This document shows, piece after piece, positions 10,201 to 18,723 of a DNA stretch of 64,000 bases; within the stretch, counting starts at the first letter, position 1, and every line of letters begins with the position of its first letter. A program made the position numbers and the translations under genes. The notes under the pieces were generated by a model, which was not told the origin of the DNA, made no database searches, and saw only the letters and a program-made list of their open reading frames with translations. Source of the stretch: a virus. Where the stretch lies: positions 1 through 64,000 of the IMG/VR virus record IMGVR_UViG_3300028802_000009; one strand, given 5' to 3'.

Positions 10201-11584
10201 CCGTGGCGGAAAGCGTAGCTGGGATCGTGGTCGTATCAACGACGCGCGGGCAGTCTCCCAGGTACATCACGTCGTCGATCAGAGTTCCAACGATCTGACC
10301 ACCAGAGCCGGTCGAGCCATCGAATGGCGTCGCACCAGGAGTCGTCGCAGATGCAGTAACCTGAAAGCTCGACCCCCAGTTGATCACGCTCACATCCGTA
10401 GATGGATTGCTGACCACGAAGTCCGTGCCCTGGATGAAATCGTTGCGTCCCGGCGAGATACCGCAGCGCAGCACCGTCGTGACCAGACTGTTAGGCAGAT
10501 AGTCAAACGTGTCCTGCCAGGTGTTCGCCCAGTATTGGATCGTGACAGTCGACCCCATAGCCGGAGCGAAAGGCAGCGTCACGATACCGGCACCGCCGTT
10601 GACCGCCTCAGCGACTACCTGGAATCCGTCAACCTTTGCGACCACCTTGGAAGGGTCAGTCGTTGTCGTCCCGCCGCCCGTACCGTCCACAATGGGCCGC
10701 TGAAACACGCGGAAATCGCGGTTACGGTTTGTAGTGGCACCCGTGGTCCAACCCAGCGGACCATTTGCCGAACCATCCCCAATCGTGATGCCGAACGGAT
10801 TGGTCAGCCGAAGATGGTCGCGACCCTGGTTGTCAGTGAACACAGACGCCGAAAGGTTCGGCACCTGAGCCCCATTCACAGTGGAGGCGATGGTAGCCGC
10901 CGACAACGCGCCACCCGGCAGCACGATTGTCGCCGTTACGGCGTTGGCGGTAACAATGAACTGGTCATTGACCTCCGTGACGATGTTGAACCGATAAGCG
11001 CCCGGAGCCGGGAGGATCGTGGAATCAAATGTGCCGTAACCCGGAGACACCAACGTGGCGTTCTCCGTAGACACCTGCTCCGAGACATCATCCGTGAACG
11101 CGGTGTCCCCGCGATGAAAGTAGTAGGTGACCCGAACCTGGTCATTCGGCTGGGTCGGGATCTGAATGGTCACCAGACCCTTCTGGCCGTTGAGACTGCC
11201 AAGCGACACCGGCGATCCGTTCACAGACACAGAAGCCGCTCGAACATCGTTGGTGACACGGCCAAAACCCTGCCCGTCCACGATGGGGAAGTTACGGACT
11301 CGGAACGTCGTCAACGTCCCGTCCTGAGCACCCAAAAGCAGATTGTTCGGATTCGTCGAGTCTACAACCCAGCTCTCAGACACATCTTCATTGACGATCT
11401 GCTGGTCTACGGTTGCCGACGACCCGCGGACAAGCTCAAAGTCAGTCTGCTCCAACTCCTCCTGGCCCACCCCAATCAACGCTGGGATCCGAAGACCCGC
11501 AACCAAGTTTGACGCGTTCGTCTCTGTCAGAGTGCGGGTATAAACCCCCGGAGGCGCGTAAGAAATGAAGGGACCCAATGCCAT
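7253..11584 (-). CDS. Contractile tail sheath protein (1443 aa, long inserted domains)
   Basis: N-terminal YAPPGVYTRT and C-terminal DDPTILRFEMYYSPIFPLLYIVMTFNL are typical of sheath proteins; SD GGAG; tail-module context. Confidence 0.9.
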   Translation of the reverse strand: MALGPFISYAPPGVYTRTLTETNASNLVAGLRIPALIGVGQEELEQTDFELVRGSSATVDQQIVNEDVSESWVVDSTNPNNLLLGAQDGTLTTFRVRNFPIVDGQGFGRVTNDVRAASVSVNGSPVSLGSLNGQKGLVTIQIPTQPNDQVRVTYYFHRGDTAFTDDVSEQVSTENATLVSPGYGTFDSTILPAPGAYRFNIVTEVNDQFIVTANAVTATIVLPGGALSAATIASTVNGAQVPNLSASVFTDNQGRDHLRLTNPFGITIGDGSANGPLGWTTGATTNRNRDFRVFQRPIVDGTGGGTTTTDPSKVVAKVDGFQVVAEAVNGGAGIVTLPFAPAMGSTVTIQYWANTWQDTFDYLPNSLVTTVLRCGISPGRNDFIQGTDFVVSNPSTDVSVINWGSSFQVTASATTPGATPFDGSTGSGGQIVGTLIDDVMYLGDCPRVVDTTTIPATLSATDYLLPEVPTTGNGRSTTLGLSTFNSVSNSRQDLVTNRPDLVKVYTGRNLRDALNRPAVEVLELDGTTRRFKLKTAQPPDYHAYATFYYSRLADDTYIFTNVVPGAVGAGQYTVFSTTQNKDLFEVRFGSKSGTAEIIQWPRGSELIPDAFHTGAGTPVSEVVTVAFGTSVATNAAYTNKGAAPYSFYSPFSANWETEVNGAPALTNLVTPSPATLVGARVPLTAGAIPIPDAPGNVLKLKVNGTVVPPIELTPATSMTPADIVTAITNGIALADAPGSDAVVTFKQVGTGDVFFIITSTVTPPALPAGFDTISNITIDQGTVESLLGFTAYDSASGSPGAINKPATLLGSRAAPFSITADLNDKFNFRLNGVDYNVTLPAGSAVTAVAVVNAINAVVPAVASTLPAAVLPALPHANEGKIRLTSTTNDPSSSLVIKAGSANAVLGFNENASASQSLVEAQEVVNALMSTGGFASGAVAYVDSIGGQDFITIESLTTGATTSSIGFVDSGSSAFNPTTGTGINPLTDGDVGEAAQGIYTVSSSAGIAVGSNGTGIPGQTYTDARTGLRFTVLPSATGSYSAGSFTLEVTPTWHVSPSIPRYSIGGLELLVTNTVGVGVNDTASLVTYNPSGVEPAVGDFYFISYRYMKQDFSAKVYQQLKTIEANFGRTSAENRVTLAGYLAILNGAVLIIIKQVLKMPNTNQASDQAFNAAIDELASPLPGNIRPSIVIPLATSTGVYTHLTAHCEIQSNPRNQSERQGFIGFASGTSPTSVQSIARALNSSRIVAFYPDSAVITLTDELGASFDSLVDGTFYAAAVSGAVVSPAVDVATPYTHRRIQGFTRIPRVLDPVEANQTAVAGVTILEDLDPIIRIRHGLTTNMTSILTRLPTVTQIADFVHQQSRAILDSFVGSKFLAARTNEVVTSMTGLFRSLVEAEIVGAFTGMSASIDPDDPTILRFEMYYSPIFPLLYIVMTFNLRARLA

Positions 11585-11756
11585 TGGCGGTTATCTCCTG
11601 GTGAAGGACGTCACATCTAGATCTGGGTGTACGACGAGACACAAAAGCAGTGGCTTTGGGTGCTGGTCTTCATAAGATCCCTAGGGATCAACTGCATCCC
11701 CACGCAACGAAGCAATCTGATAGGACTGGACCACAAAAGAACTATTACCCACGAGA

Positions 11757-12179
11757 TCAGCGCCCCCGTCCCCCCCGTATCCTCTTAAAGGCTTCACGGG
11801 CCAGCACTTTGCGCGCCGCTCTACCTTGGTCTGACATAGGTTCATAATCGACGTAGTCGCTGCCGGTCCGGCGAATCAAAGCGTGCGTCGACCCATCTGC
11901 CCGTGCCTCATTCTTCACAAGCTCGCGGGCGGCAAGGTGCGCCCACCGCTCGCCGGCATCACGGCCAACAGCTTTATCAGCCGACGGGTAATCGTCGGCG
12001 TGCACCCCGGAGTTAGCCGGCGCCCCAGAGCCCTTGGCAAAAGAGAAGCCGAATTCACTGGGTACGAGGGCAGCCGAGTTCTTGCAGCTCGGGCACGGAT
12101 ACGAGACGTGATTATCTACCCGAAGGTTCCTCTCGAATCTCAGAACGCAGGTGGGGCACTCAAAAGCGTACCGTGGCAT
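11757..12179 (-). CDS. FmdB-type zinc-ribbon protein
   Basis: MPRYAFECPTC...FE...CPSC...FSFAKG pattern. Confidence 0.75.
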   Translation of the reverse strand: MPRYAFECPTCVLRFERNLRVDNHVSYPCPSCKNSAALVPSEFGFSFAKGSGAPANSGVHADDYPSADKAVGRDAGERWAHLAARELVKNEARADGSTHALIRRTGSDYVDYEPMSDQGRAARKVLAREAFKRIRGGRGR

Positions 12180-12187
12180 TTTTTGTC

Positions 12188-13369
12188 CTATTTGATGCGC
12201 TCGAAATCATAGTTACGGCCGATGATCACTGGCATGGTCGAGAACACCAGGCTGTTGTTCACGTCACCGATAATCGCGGTACGGCCAGCGACACCCGGCA
12301 CGTCGCGCTGTGGGTCCGTAGTGACAACACTGATCGTCAAAGGCAGCGGCTCGTGGACTTCCCATGGGGTTTGCAGCTGGAGACTCAGAGAGGCCGTGTA
12401 GAAAAACTCGTCCCCGGTCTCATCCGCCACTTCCTCAGCTTCGCCGCCAATCGAGACATCCACTACTTCGATCCCCTCTGCGGACAGCTTCGGTCTTTTT
12501 TGGTAGAGCAAATACATCATCGTGAGGTCCGCCAGCTCTTCCATCTGGTGAGGGTCGCGGGCAATCACGTCCATCTCAAACGTAAGGTCGAAGCGCCCAC
12601 CATACGCATTGGCCGTCGGTGTCCTATCATCGTAGACCACCACAGCGACCTTATCGCCGGGCTTCCCCCTCTTACCAAAAGCAAGCACCACCCCCGGCAA
12701 CGTCCTAAAGTCGGAGGTGTTCCATTGATACGTAACCGGCCCGATGGACGCGACGGGATAGCGATAATCCGCGGTGACCACAGCGCCATGAGAAAACCGC
12801 TCAAGGAAGGTCACCTCTCCCGTGGCGTAATCCACCGCATAGTGCTTGCCCTCGACCAGTCGATAGTTGCGGTTCTGCCACATGCGTAGCGTCCCCTGGA
12901 CAGGCAACTGTTGCAGCTGTCCGAACGTCTCGATGCCCGACAAGAATCTGATGACCGGCTCATCATTGACGGTGAGCAACGGGTCGATCATGAACTTGCC
13001 AATCGACTGCGCGTCCGCCGGAGCCTCAAGGATCTCCACATAGTAGATCCCCGGAGGCAGAGGCATTCGGCCCCCGTGCAGGTCAAGATGGGCCGCATCT
13101 TCAACCACCCACTCAAGTGGGAAGGTCGGCGCACCCACGTAGCCAAGCATCACGTAACTGTTCAAGGTGCCGATGAACTGGTCAGCTGAGAGCGAGACCT
13201 TGTTGGCAGAAGCCCCTTTGACCACTATCCCGAACTGCGGACGCTCGGCGAACGAGTACTTATTCTCAATATTGGAAACGATCTTGTTATAGACGGGGTG
13301 CTGTGCAAACGAGTCTTTTAGCTCAAGAATGAGCCGGCGCTTCATTGCGTTGAGCAGATTATAATACAC
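12188..13369 (-). CDS. Putative tail completion/terminator protein
   Basis: Lies upstream of the sheath; tail-terminator-like C-terminal pattern (FEMDVIARDP..EELADL); inserted YAVDYATGEVTF...VTADY beta domain seen in baseplate/tail proteins. Confidence 0.55.
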   Translation of the reverse strand: MYYNLLNAMKRRLILELKDSFAQHPVYNKIVSNIENKYSFAERPQFGIVVKGASANKVSLSADQFIGTLNSYVMLGYVGAPTFPLEWVVEDAAHLDLHGGRMPLPPGIYYVEILEAPADAQSIGKFMIDPLLTVNDEPVIRFLSGIETFGQLQQLPVQGTLRMWQNRNYRLVEGKHYAVDYATGEVTFLERFSHGAVVTADYRYPVASIGPVTYQWNTSDFRTLPGVVLAFGKRGKPGDKVAVVVYDDRTPTANAYGGRFDLTFEMDVIARDPHQMEELADLTMMYLLYQKRPKLSAEGIEVVDVSIGGEAEEVADETGDEFFYTASLSLQLQTPWEVHEPLPLTISVVTTDPQRDVPGVAGRTAIIGDVNNSLVFSTMPVIIGRNYDFERIK

Positions 13370-13390
13370 GGCGACCCTTTATTTCCCGAA

Positions 13391-14404
13391 CTAGACCTGA
13401 CTGTGCTCCTCGGTTGCCAGCACAAGGAGCCCTTCAGCGACGGCGGTCATTGGGTCTTTGGCAGCCCTGACTTCGCTGATCTGAATCGGAAAGCCCCGCT
13501 TCTTGATTGCCTCGAATTCCTCCATGAACACTTCCATGAAGCCTCCGGCGCGAGTCGTGCCCCCGCTGAATACGAAGGGGATAGGCTCCGGCAGGTTGAT
13601 CCCTGCCTGGTTCTTTCGGAACTGAAGAGCGATGTTCTCTAGCACGTACTTGATCAGAGACCGAATATAGAGGGCGAGTGCCTCTTCTTCACGAGATTTG
13701 GGCTCGGCGAGATCAACGCCCTTTTCCTTGATGGCGCACATGCGAGCCGACGTATTGCCCACCGCCTTTGCAGCGTGCGAATCAACCCAGTCACCTCCGC
13801 GTGCGACAGAGAAATCCATGCCCTTGATCGTCTGATAAGCCAGCGCAATGTTGCCCATACCAGAGCCAAAGCTCACGGACAGACCAGAGAAGTTCTCCGC
13901 GGCACATTGCGAGTAGATGATCGCCATGGCCTCGTTCATGGGATGGGGCGTGTATCCAAGCTCACCCAAGATCTTCCGAAAGACCTCTTGGTGATAGATA
14001 ATATCCTGAGCGGTATCATCCACGGGCGACGCCGGAACACTGTAGTAGCAATGCTCCGCCTTCACGACGGGATCGCCAATGACATTTGAAATCAGCAAGC
14101 TGAGAATCTGCTGGGCATCCAACTCCCCAGCCGCAATCACGCCCTTGCTCAATGGCCGGCGCACCTCTCGGTTGAACAGATTAGCCATGGTCAGCGCGGA
14201 GTCTCCGAGTACCACCAGAGTTCCTTGGCGCTCTACGTAGTCGACCTTGGATAGGCGGAGCGTCTTCTTGGCCTCCAGATCCAGGTCAAGAAATGCGTCC
14301 CGAATTCGCCTCAGCTCCAAGCTATCCCCGTCCGCCAACTGGCGAGCTGAGACAATATTCATGGTGCCTAGGTCGAGCCCACACGCGGGCTTGTATTTTG
14401 ACAT
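13391..14404 (-). CDS. Actin-like ATPase (MreB/MamK/ParM superfamily)
   Basis: Phosphate-1 GLDLGTMN, RRPL..GVI, connect-1 NEAMA, phosphate-2 SFGSGMGN, GGDWVD, adenosine SGGTT, C-terminal DPMTAVAEG. SD GGAG favours ATG 14404. Confidence 0.88.
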   Translation of the reverse strand: MSKYKPACGLDLGTMNIVSARQLADGDSLELRRIRDAFLDLDLEAKKTLRLSKVDYVERQGTLVVLGDSALTMANLFNREVRRPLSKGVIAAGELDAQQILSLLISNVIGDPVVKAEHCYYSVPASPVDDTAQDIIYHQEVFRKILGELGYTPHPMNEAMAIIYSQCAAENFSGLSVSFGSGMGNIALAYQTIKGMDFSVARGGDWVDSHAAKAVGNTSARMCAIKEKGVDLAEPKSREEEALALYIRSLIKYVLENIALQFRKNQAGINLPEPIPFVFSGGTTRAGGFMEVFMEEFEAIKKRGFPIQISEVRAAKDPMTAVAEGLLVLATEEHSQV

Positions 14405-14442
14405 CTCTATCTCCATCCTAAAGCCCTGTGCTTGGGCGGGGT

Positions 14443-15078
14443 CTAACGACTATCGTAACTGTAGGCTTCCCGGCCCCCGTTACGCTGCTGCAGCAGGTAA
14501 ACGAATTCTTCGTGCTTATCTGCTACACCTTGAAGCAAGTTGTCAGTGCCTGAACTCAGGCAGTTCTTTTCCTCTAGCCGGGTCCTTGCCGTCTCCAAGC
14601 AGTCGAGCACGCATCGCTCAACCTCAAGACTTTGTCGCACCATCTCGTCCGGGGATGGTGGCACAGGTGACCGGCACCAATGGCGAACCAAAACCGGGAT
14701 CATATCGGCCTGCAGCTTCGGACAAACGAGCCCGTCACCCCCCGCTCCGACAGCTCTCTCGGCAACCTGGTCAATGAATCCGACCGACTCGTTGTAGAAC
14801 CGCTCGAACAACAAGTGGTCTCCGTATTGAGCCGTGCCACAGGTCTGCCAGTGGTGACTCTGATGTACCAGTGCAGCGGCGCGCAGAATCCCGACCAAAA
14901 CACCAAGCTCCTCAACACCGGCCCCCGCAGGCATCGTCTTCGCAAGAAGAGACACAAGGACGCCGCCTTCCATGGAGGCCGTTTTAGCCCTGGATTCTGG
15001 AAGATAGGGCGCGCCATTCTCAGATGGCTCGAAAGCCAGCGGGTCAACCCAGAGAGCGTGAATAGAATCTTGTGCCAT
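14443..15078 (-). CDS. Dps/ferritin-like four-helix protein
   Basis: HQSHHWQ..G..YGDHLLFERFY......DQVAER matches the Dps ferroxidase signature; C-terminal DKHEEFVYLL helix; ends YSYDSR. Confidence 0.8.
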   Translation of the reverse strand: MAQDSIHALWVDPLAFEPSENGAPYLPESRAKTASMEGGVLVSLLAKTMPAGAGVEELGVLVGILRAAALVHQSHHWQTCGTAQYGDHLLFERFYNESVGFIDQVAERAVGAGGDGLVCPKLQADMIPVLVRHWCRSPVPPSPDEMVRQSLEVERCVLDCLETARTRLEEKNCLSSGTDNLLQGVADKHEEFVYLLQQRNGGREAYSYDSR

Positions 15079-15083
15079 CACCT

Positions 15084-15782
15084 TCACCAAGACCTACCCG
15101 GAACGTCGATAACGATGAAATGGAACTCGGCGCTCTGAAACCTGACTTCGCTCTGCCGGACCAACTCCGGGTCCATGGCTCCCACAAGGTCAGCCCGCGA
15201 CAGGCGCAGCAGCCTAGATTGATGAGCCTCAATCAGCATGGCGTCGAATTTGGACCGCTCCATACGCGGAAACCCGCGATCCTTCACGCTAGAGATGAAA
15301 ACGTGCTCCTCGTAGTACTTCTTGCTTTGAGGTGACTTCGCGACGGCCAGCGCTTTAGCCGCGAACGCATGCAGGTCCTTCGGGTCGTCAGCATCATCCA
15401 TCTTGGAGTCGGACTTGGTCTCATCCGCCTTCTCTTCCTTCAAGATCTTGCCGATCTGAGACGGCATTATCTTCTTAGGCTTCGTGGTGAATCCAGGTCC
15501 GCCGTAGGGCGAGCGAACAGTAGTCGTGATCTTGCGGTCTAGCCAAAACATGTTCCCCTCGGGATCCGTGTATTGCCAGAGCACCGCTTGACCAGCCGCC
15601 AAGTGCGTCGCCCCACCGCTTATCCGGTCGACGTAGTCAACCAAGGCCATTACGTGGCCTTTCTTTGGTATCGCCCTAGTCTCACCACGCGCAGCGGTGC
15701 GGCGCTCCGAAGGAGGCTTGCCAGAGACCATAGCTGTCAAAGCTATAGCCCCCACCGATACATTAGCTTGACGTGGGTGCAT
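15084..15782 (-). CDS. Hypothetical two-domain protein; C-terminal domain possibly winged-helix-like
   Basis: ORF with SD GAGG; C-terminal VFISSV...LLRLSRADLVGAMDP...SE....FHFI domain. Confidence 0.7.
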   Translation of the reverse strand: MHPRQANVSVGAIALTAMVSGKPPSERRTAARGETRAIPKKGHVMALVDYVDRISGGATHLAAGQAVLWQYTDPEGNMFWLDRKITTTVRSPYGGPGFTTKPKKIMPSQIGKILKEEKADETKSDSKMDDADDPKDLHAFAAKALAVAKSPQSKKYYEEHVFISSVKDRGFPRMERSKFDAMLIEAHQSRLLRLSRADLVGAMDPELVRQSEVRFQSAEFHFIVIDVPGRSW

Positions 15783-15821
15783 CGAAGATTCCTCTGTTCA
15801 GGTGTTCGCAAGAAAGGTTTA

Positions 15822-16469
15822 TCAAGGGCTGCGCTCTTTCTTACGAATCTGCCGCAGAAGATCAGCGGCCTCCGTGACGGCGTCCGAAGTGGACTCTTCG
15901 CCCTGAATGCTGATGCGAGCGTCGAGGTCTTTATCCCGGATCTGTCCCGGTAGAAACGTCGGCGCCGTACCGTCTACCGTTTCAACGACAACGGGCGCGG
16001 ATGCCGCCGCAACAGCTGAAGGCGCCGCCGACGCGACAGCCGCGGGGGGCGCTACCGCCACGCCTGACTGAATCGCCTTGAGAATCTGATCAAGCTTGTC
16101 TGAATGCGCATGAGCGCTGCCCTCAAGCTGATGCTTCAAGGCTTCATTCTCGTTCTGGAGGCGCACCGCAAGGGCCTCCAACTGAGCCGCATACTTCTCC
16201 AGACGAACCTTTTCAGGGTCGGGCGCTGACGCTGCGCTCGGGTAAGGAGCCGATGGGACCTGACACAGGAAACCTTGCGAAATAGCTCGCCAGAGATCTT
16301 TAGACATCAAGGCTTGCTCCTCGGGTATGATCACCAACGTCCGGAAGGCAACGTCTCTGCCGATGTCCTCGATCACATGGTTGCCAGCAACCATTCCAAT
16401 CACACGCACATCGCCCATCATCTTTTTCATCCATCGCTTCCCCACCAATTTGCATAGTAGGCGGCGCAT
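15822..16469 (-). CDS. Coiled-coil protein with Ala/Pro linker
   Basis: Heptad-like LEKYAAQLEALAVRLQNENEALKHQLE; start uncertain. Confidence 0.7.
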   Translation of the reverse strand: MRRLLCKLVGKRWMKKMMGDVRVIGMVAGNHVIEDIGRDVAFRTLVIIPEEQALMSKDLWRAISQGFLCQVPSAPYPSAASAPDPEKVRLEKYAAQLEALAVRLQNENEALKHQLEGSAHAHSDKLDQILKAIQSGVAVAPPAAVASAAPSAVAAASAPVVVETVDGTAPTFLPGQIRDKDLDARISIQGEESTSDAVTEAADLLRQIRKKERSP

Positions 16470-16470
16470 G

Positions 16471-17013
16471 TCAGCTAGACTTCCTCATGGATTTGCGCAC
16501 TTGCTTCGCCACCTCGACCCTAAATTTCTTACGCAGAAACTCGCGAGTCTCTTCCTTGGCGCGCTCTATAAAGTCGGATGGTGGTCTTCCTGGATGCAAC
16601 CAGCCTTTTTTCCGCCCAACATTTGGCCCTGTCATCGGCCCTTGCGTCCAAGTCAACGACCGCGCATGAGCGCTCCGGAAAATCAGCTTTCCTGTCTCCG
16701 TGATGATCGGGATTGGGCGCCGAGCCTTCTTGAGCCACCTCATTTGCCCACGCTTTTGGCCTAGCACGAGGGCGTGAAACCCAGGATGGTCGGTTGTCAC
16801 CACAAGAGACGCCGGCCGGGCCTCGATCTGAATGGATTTGACAAGGGACTTCTTGGCTCTGACCGAGTACGTGGTCTGCGTGAGCTTACGCTTGAGACGG
16901 ACCATCAGTTCCCGGCGTGCTTTACGCAAGACACTGCTCATATCGCCGATGGTGATCCCGTGCGGGAACAACGGCTTTACCATCATGCGGGCGGCTATGA
17001 CCTTCTTGCCCAT
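16471..17013 (-). CDS. Basic neck/tail-completion protein (HK97 gp10-like / virion morphogenesis family)
   Basis: Highly basic; WLHPGRPPSDFIERA motif; TAATG overlap with the upstream gene gives start 17013. Confidence 0.55.
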   Translation of the reverse strand: MGKKVIAARMMVKPLFPHGITIGDMSSVLRKARRELMVRLKRKLTQTTYSVRAKKSLVKSIQIEARPASLVVTTDHPGFHALVLGQKRGQMRWLKKARRPIPIITETGKLIFRSAHARSLTWTQGPMTGPNVGRKKGWLHPGRPPSDFIERAKEETREFLRKKFRVEVAKQVRKSMRKSS

Positions 17014-18374
17014 TAGTACTCGATGTTCTCCCAAACCTTAGTGCGGCCTCTAAGCTCCCGCTCATTCGGAATGTTTGGCTTCTCCGTGATGCTCGTATCG
17101 GCCTCGCGCTCGGGTCCGGACGGTGCGAATTGCACGGCCGCGAACTTCACTGGGTTGCCGACCGGAACCTGGTAACGGATGTCCTTCTCATCGAGGTGGC
17201 CGATGTTGAAATGCTGCTGAAGCACCATGCCGCGATTCGAGGGGAACCGAACGGCGCCTATCGCGTATCGCTCACCGTTGAGCTTCACCACGAAATCGCG
17301 CTGCGACAAGATAGGAGCCGGCCCTGTCCACACCTCATACGCGTGTTCGACAGTGCGCCCAGTCTCCTTTTGAGAGATACGGCGCTCTGCATCATCAGGT
17401 GCAATCAAGGCATCGTAGGGTCCCTCGTACCCACCTAGAAACCCGGTGCCGTAGCACTTGGGACAGTCGTTGATAGGCTGCTTGTGATACCCGTCCGGGA
17501 CGCACGAGCAAGGAACGCCGACGTGCTTGCGTAGAAATATCTTCACCCGCTCGCCGCCTTGCTCCAGGATGAAGCGATTGCGACGCACGGATTCGCGCCA
17601 GATGTAGTCGAGTTTTTCGATCTCCATCGAGTTCGTGGCGGTCGCAAACTCAATAGGTGTCTCGATCAAGTCTTCGCATTGCACCTGACTGAGGTCGCAG
17701 CCCACGCGAACACCGACACTAGTGACGCGATAGAAGACACGCTGCCCGAGATCCGTTCGTACCAGCTCGCGATTACGCCGATACGTGCAGGTTACCGTGC
17801 TGTTGGGTCCTGGCACCAAGGCCGGGTCGTAGTTCTGCCGCGCCACGTCCGCATGGACGTACGGGTTGATCTCTACTTCGCCCGAAAACCCGTGCACCGC
17901 CAATGGAGTGACAGTGACTCCGTCGATTTTGACCCAGACATCATCCGGCAGATCTGCTGTGACAGCTTGCGAGCCCTCGCGCACGATCGGGCTATGCAAT
18001 GTCTTGAAGACCCAACGCGGTGCGTCCGGACCGGCAGCCGACTCTCCTTCGCCTTTGAGAACGAACCTGTCCGTGACATCTTCATCTACGATCAGCTCGT
18101 TATCGGTCTGGTCGCGCCAAAAGTTGCTACAGATGAGCAACTCTGAGATGCGCTCAAAAGGTCCGTACTCAGAGTCGAACGAGCGATAGAGGTTGACCCC
18201 GAGCAGCTGGTAGAGGCTGTTCAAGGCAAGTGTCGCTGGGGAGTCCCACCGGAGATCAAAGATTCCGGGCCGGTACCCACTGGTCATAAAAAGATTGAGC
18301 GGGGGCAGCGGCCAAGGAGTCTTTGTGTACTCTAGCTCTGTGGTGTTCCAATCGCGATTTGATGCGTAAGGCAC
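17013..18374 (-). CDS. Neck/head-closure-like protein with FN3-like N-terminus and CxC..CxxCxGxG zinc finger
   Basis: PLNL...LRW...GVNLYRS (FN3-like); CSC...CPKCYGTGFLGGY; neck-module context. Confidence 0.55.
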   Translation of the reverse strand: MPYASNRDWNTTELEYTKTPWPLPPLNLFMTSGYRPGIFDLRWDSPATLALNSLYQLLGVNLYRSFDSEYGPFERISELLICSNFWRDQTDNELIVDEDVTDRFVLKGEGESAAGPDAPRWVFKTLHSPIVREGSQAVTADLPDDVWVKIDGVTVTPLAVHGFSGEVEINPYVHADVARQNYDPALVPGPNSTVTCTYRRNRELVRTDLGQRVFYRVTSVGVRVGCDLSQVQCEDLIETPIEFATATNSMEIEKLDYIWRESVRRNRFILEQGGERVKIFLRKHVGVPCSCVPDGYHKQPINDCPKCYGTGFLGGYEGPYDALIAPDDAERRISQKETGRTVEHAYEVWTGPAPILSQRDFVVKLNGERYAIGAVRFPSNRGMVLQQHFNIGHLDEKDIRYQVPVGNPVKFAAVQFAPSGPEREADTSITEKPNIPNERELRGRTKVWENIEY

Positions 18375-18413
18375 GGGCTACCCCCTTCTAGAGAGAAGCC
18401 ACAAGGAAAAAGA

Positions 18414-18716
18414 CTAGGACGCCGCTGGCTCCTCCAGAGCGGTTTCCGCCTTGCGATCCAAGAGCTTCAGCTCACCCGTCTTATCATTGATACTGACCGG
18501 GGTCCCCGGCTGGAGACCCCGTTCAATCAACACCTGCTCGAATAAGCGTTGCCGCTGCTGGTCCACCTGATGAGCCGCGGCGAGGACACGCACCCGCTCC
18601 TGCTCAAGTTCGAGTAACCGAAACCCAAGCTCGTAGCGGGCGCTGTCAAGGTCCGAGAATTTGGCGAGAACATCCGGTTGTACCGGGTCGCTGAGAGTCA
18701 GAGACGCGTTGGGCAT
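18414..18716 (-). CDS. Small coiled-coil protein (possible assembly chaperone)
   Basis: 100-aa ORF from ATG 18716; LLELEQERVRVL...QQRQRLFEQ. Confidence 0.6.
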   Translation of the reverse strand: MPNASLTLSDPVQPDVLAKFSDLDSARYELGFRLLELEQERVRVLAAAHQVDQQRQRLFEQVLIERGLQPGTPVSINDKTGELKLLDRKAETALEEPAAS

Positions 18717-18723
18717 GCCCCCG

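Noticed and set aside
1-13369. Sheath and tube as a bacterial eCIS, T6SS or tailocin locus
   Set aside because: The same window encodes terminase, portal, protease and capsid, so this is a complete phage head-tail module.
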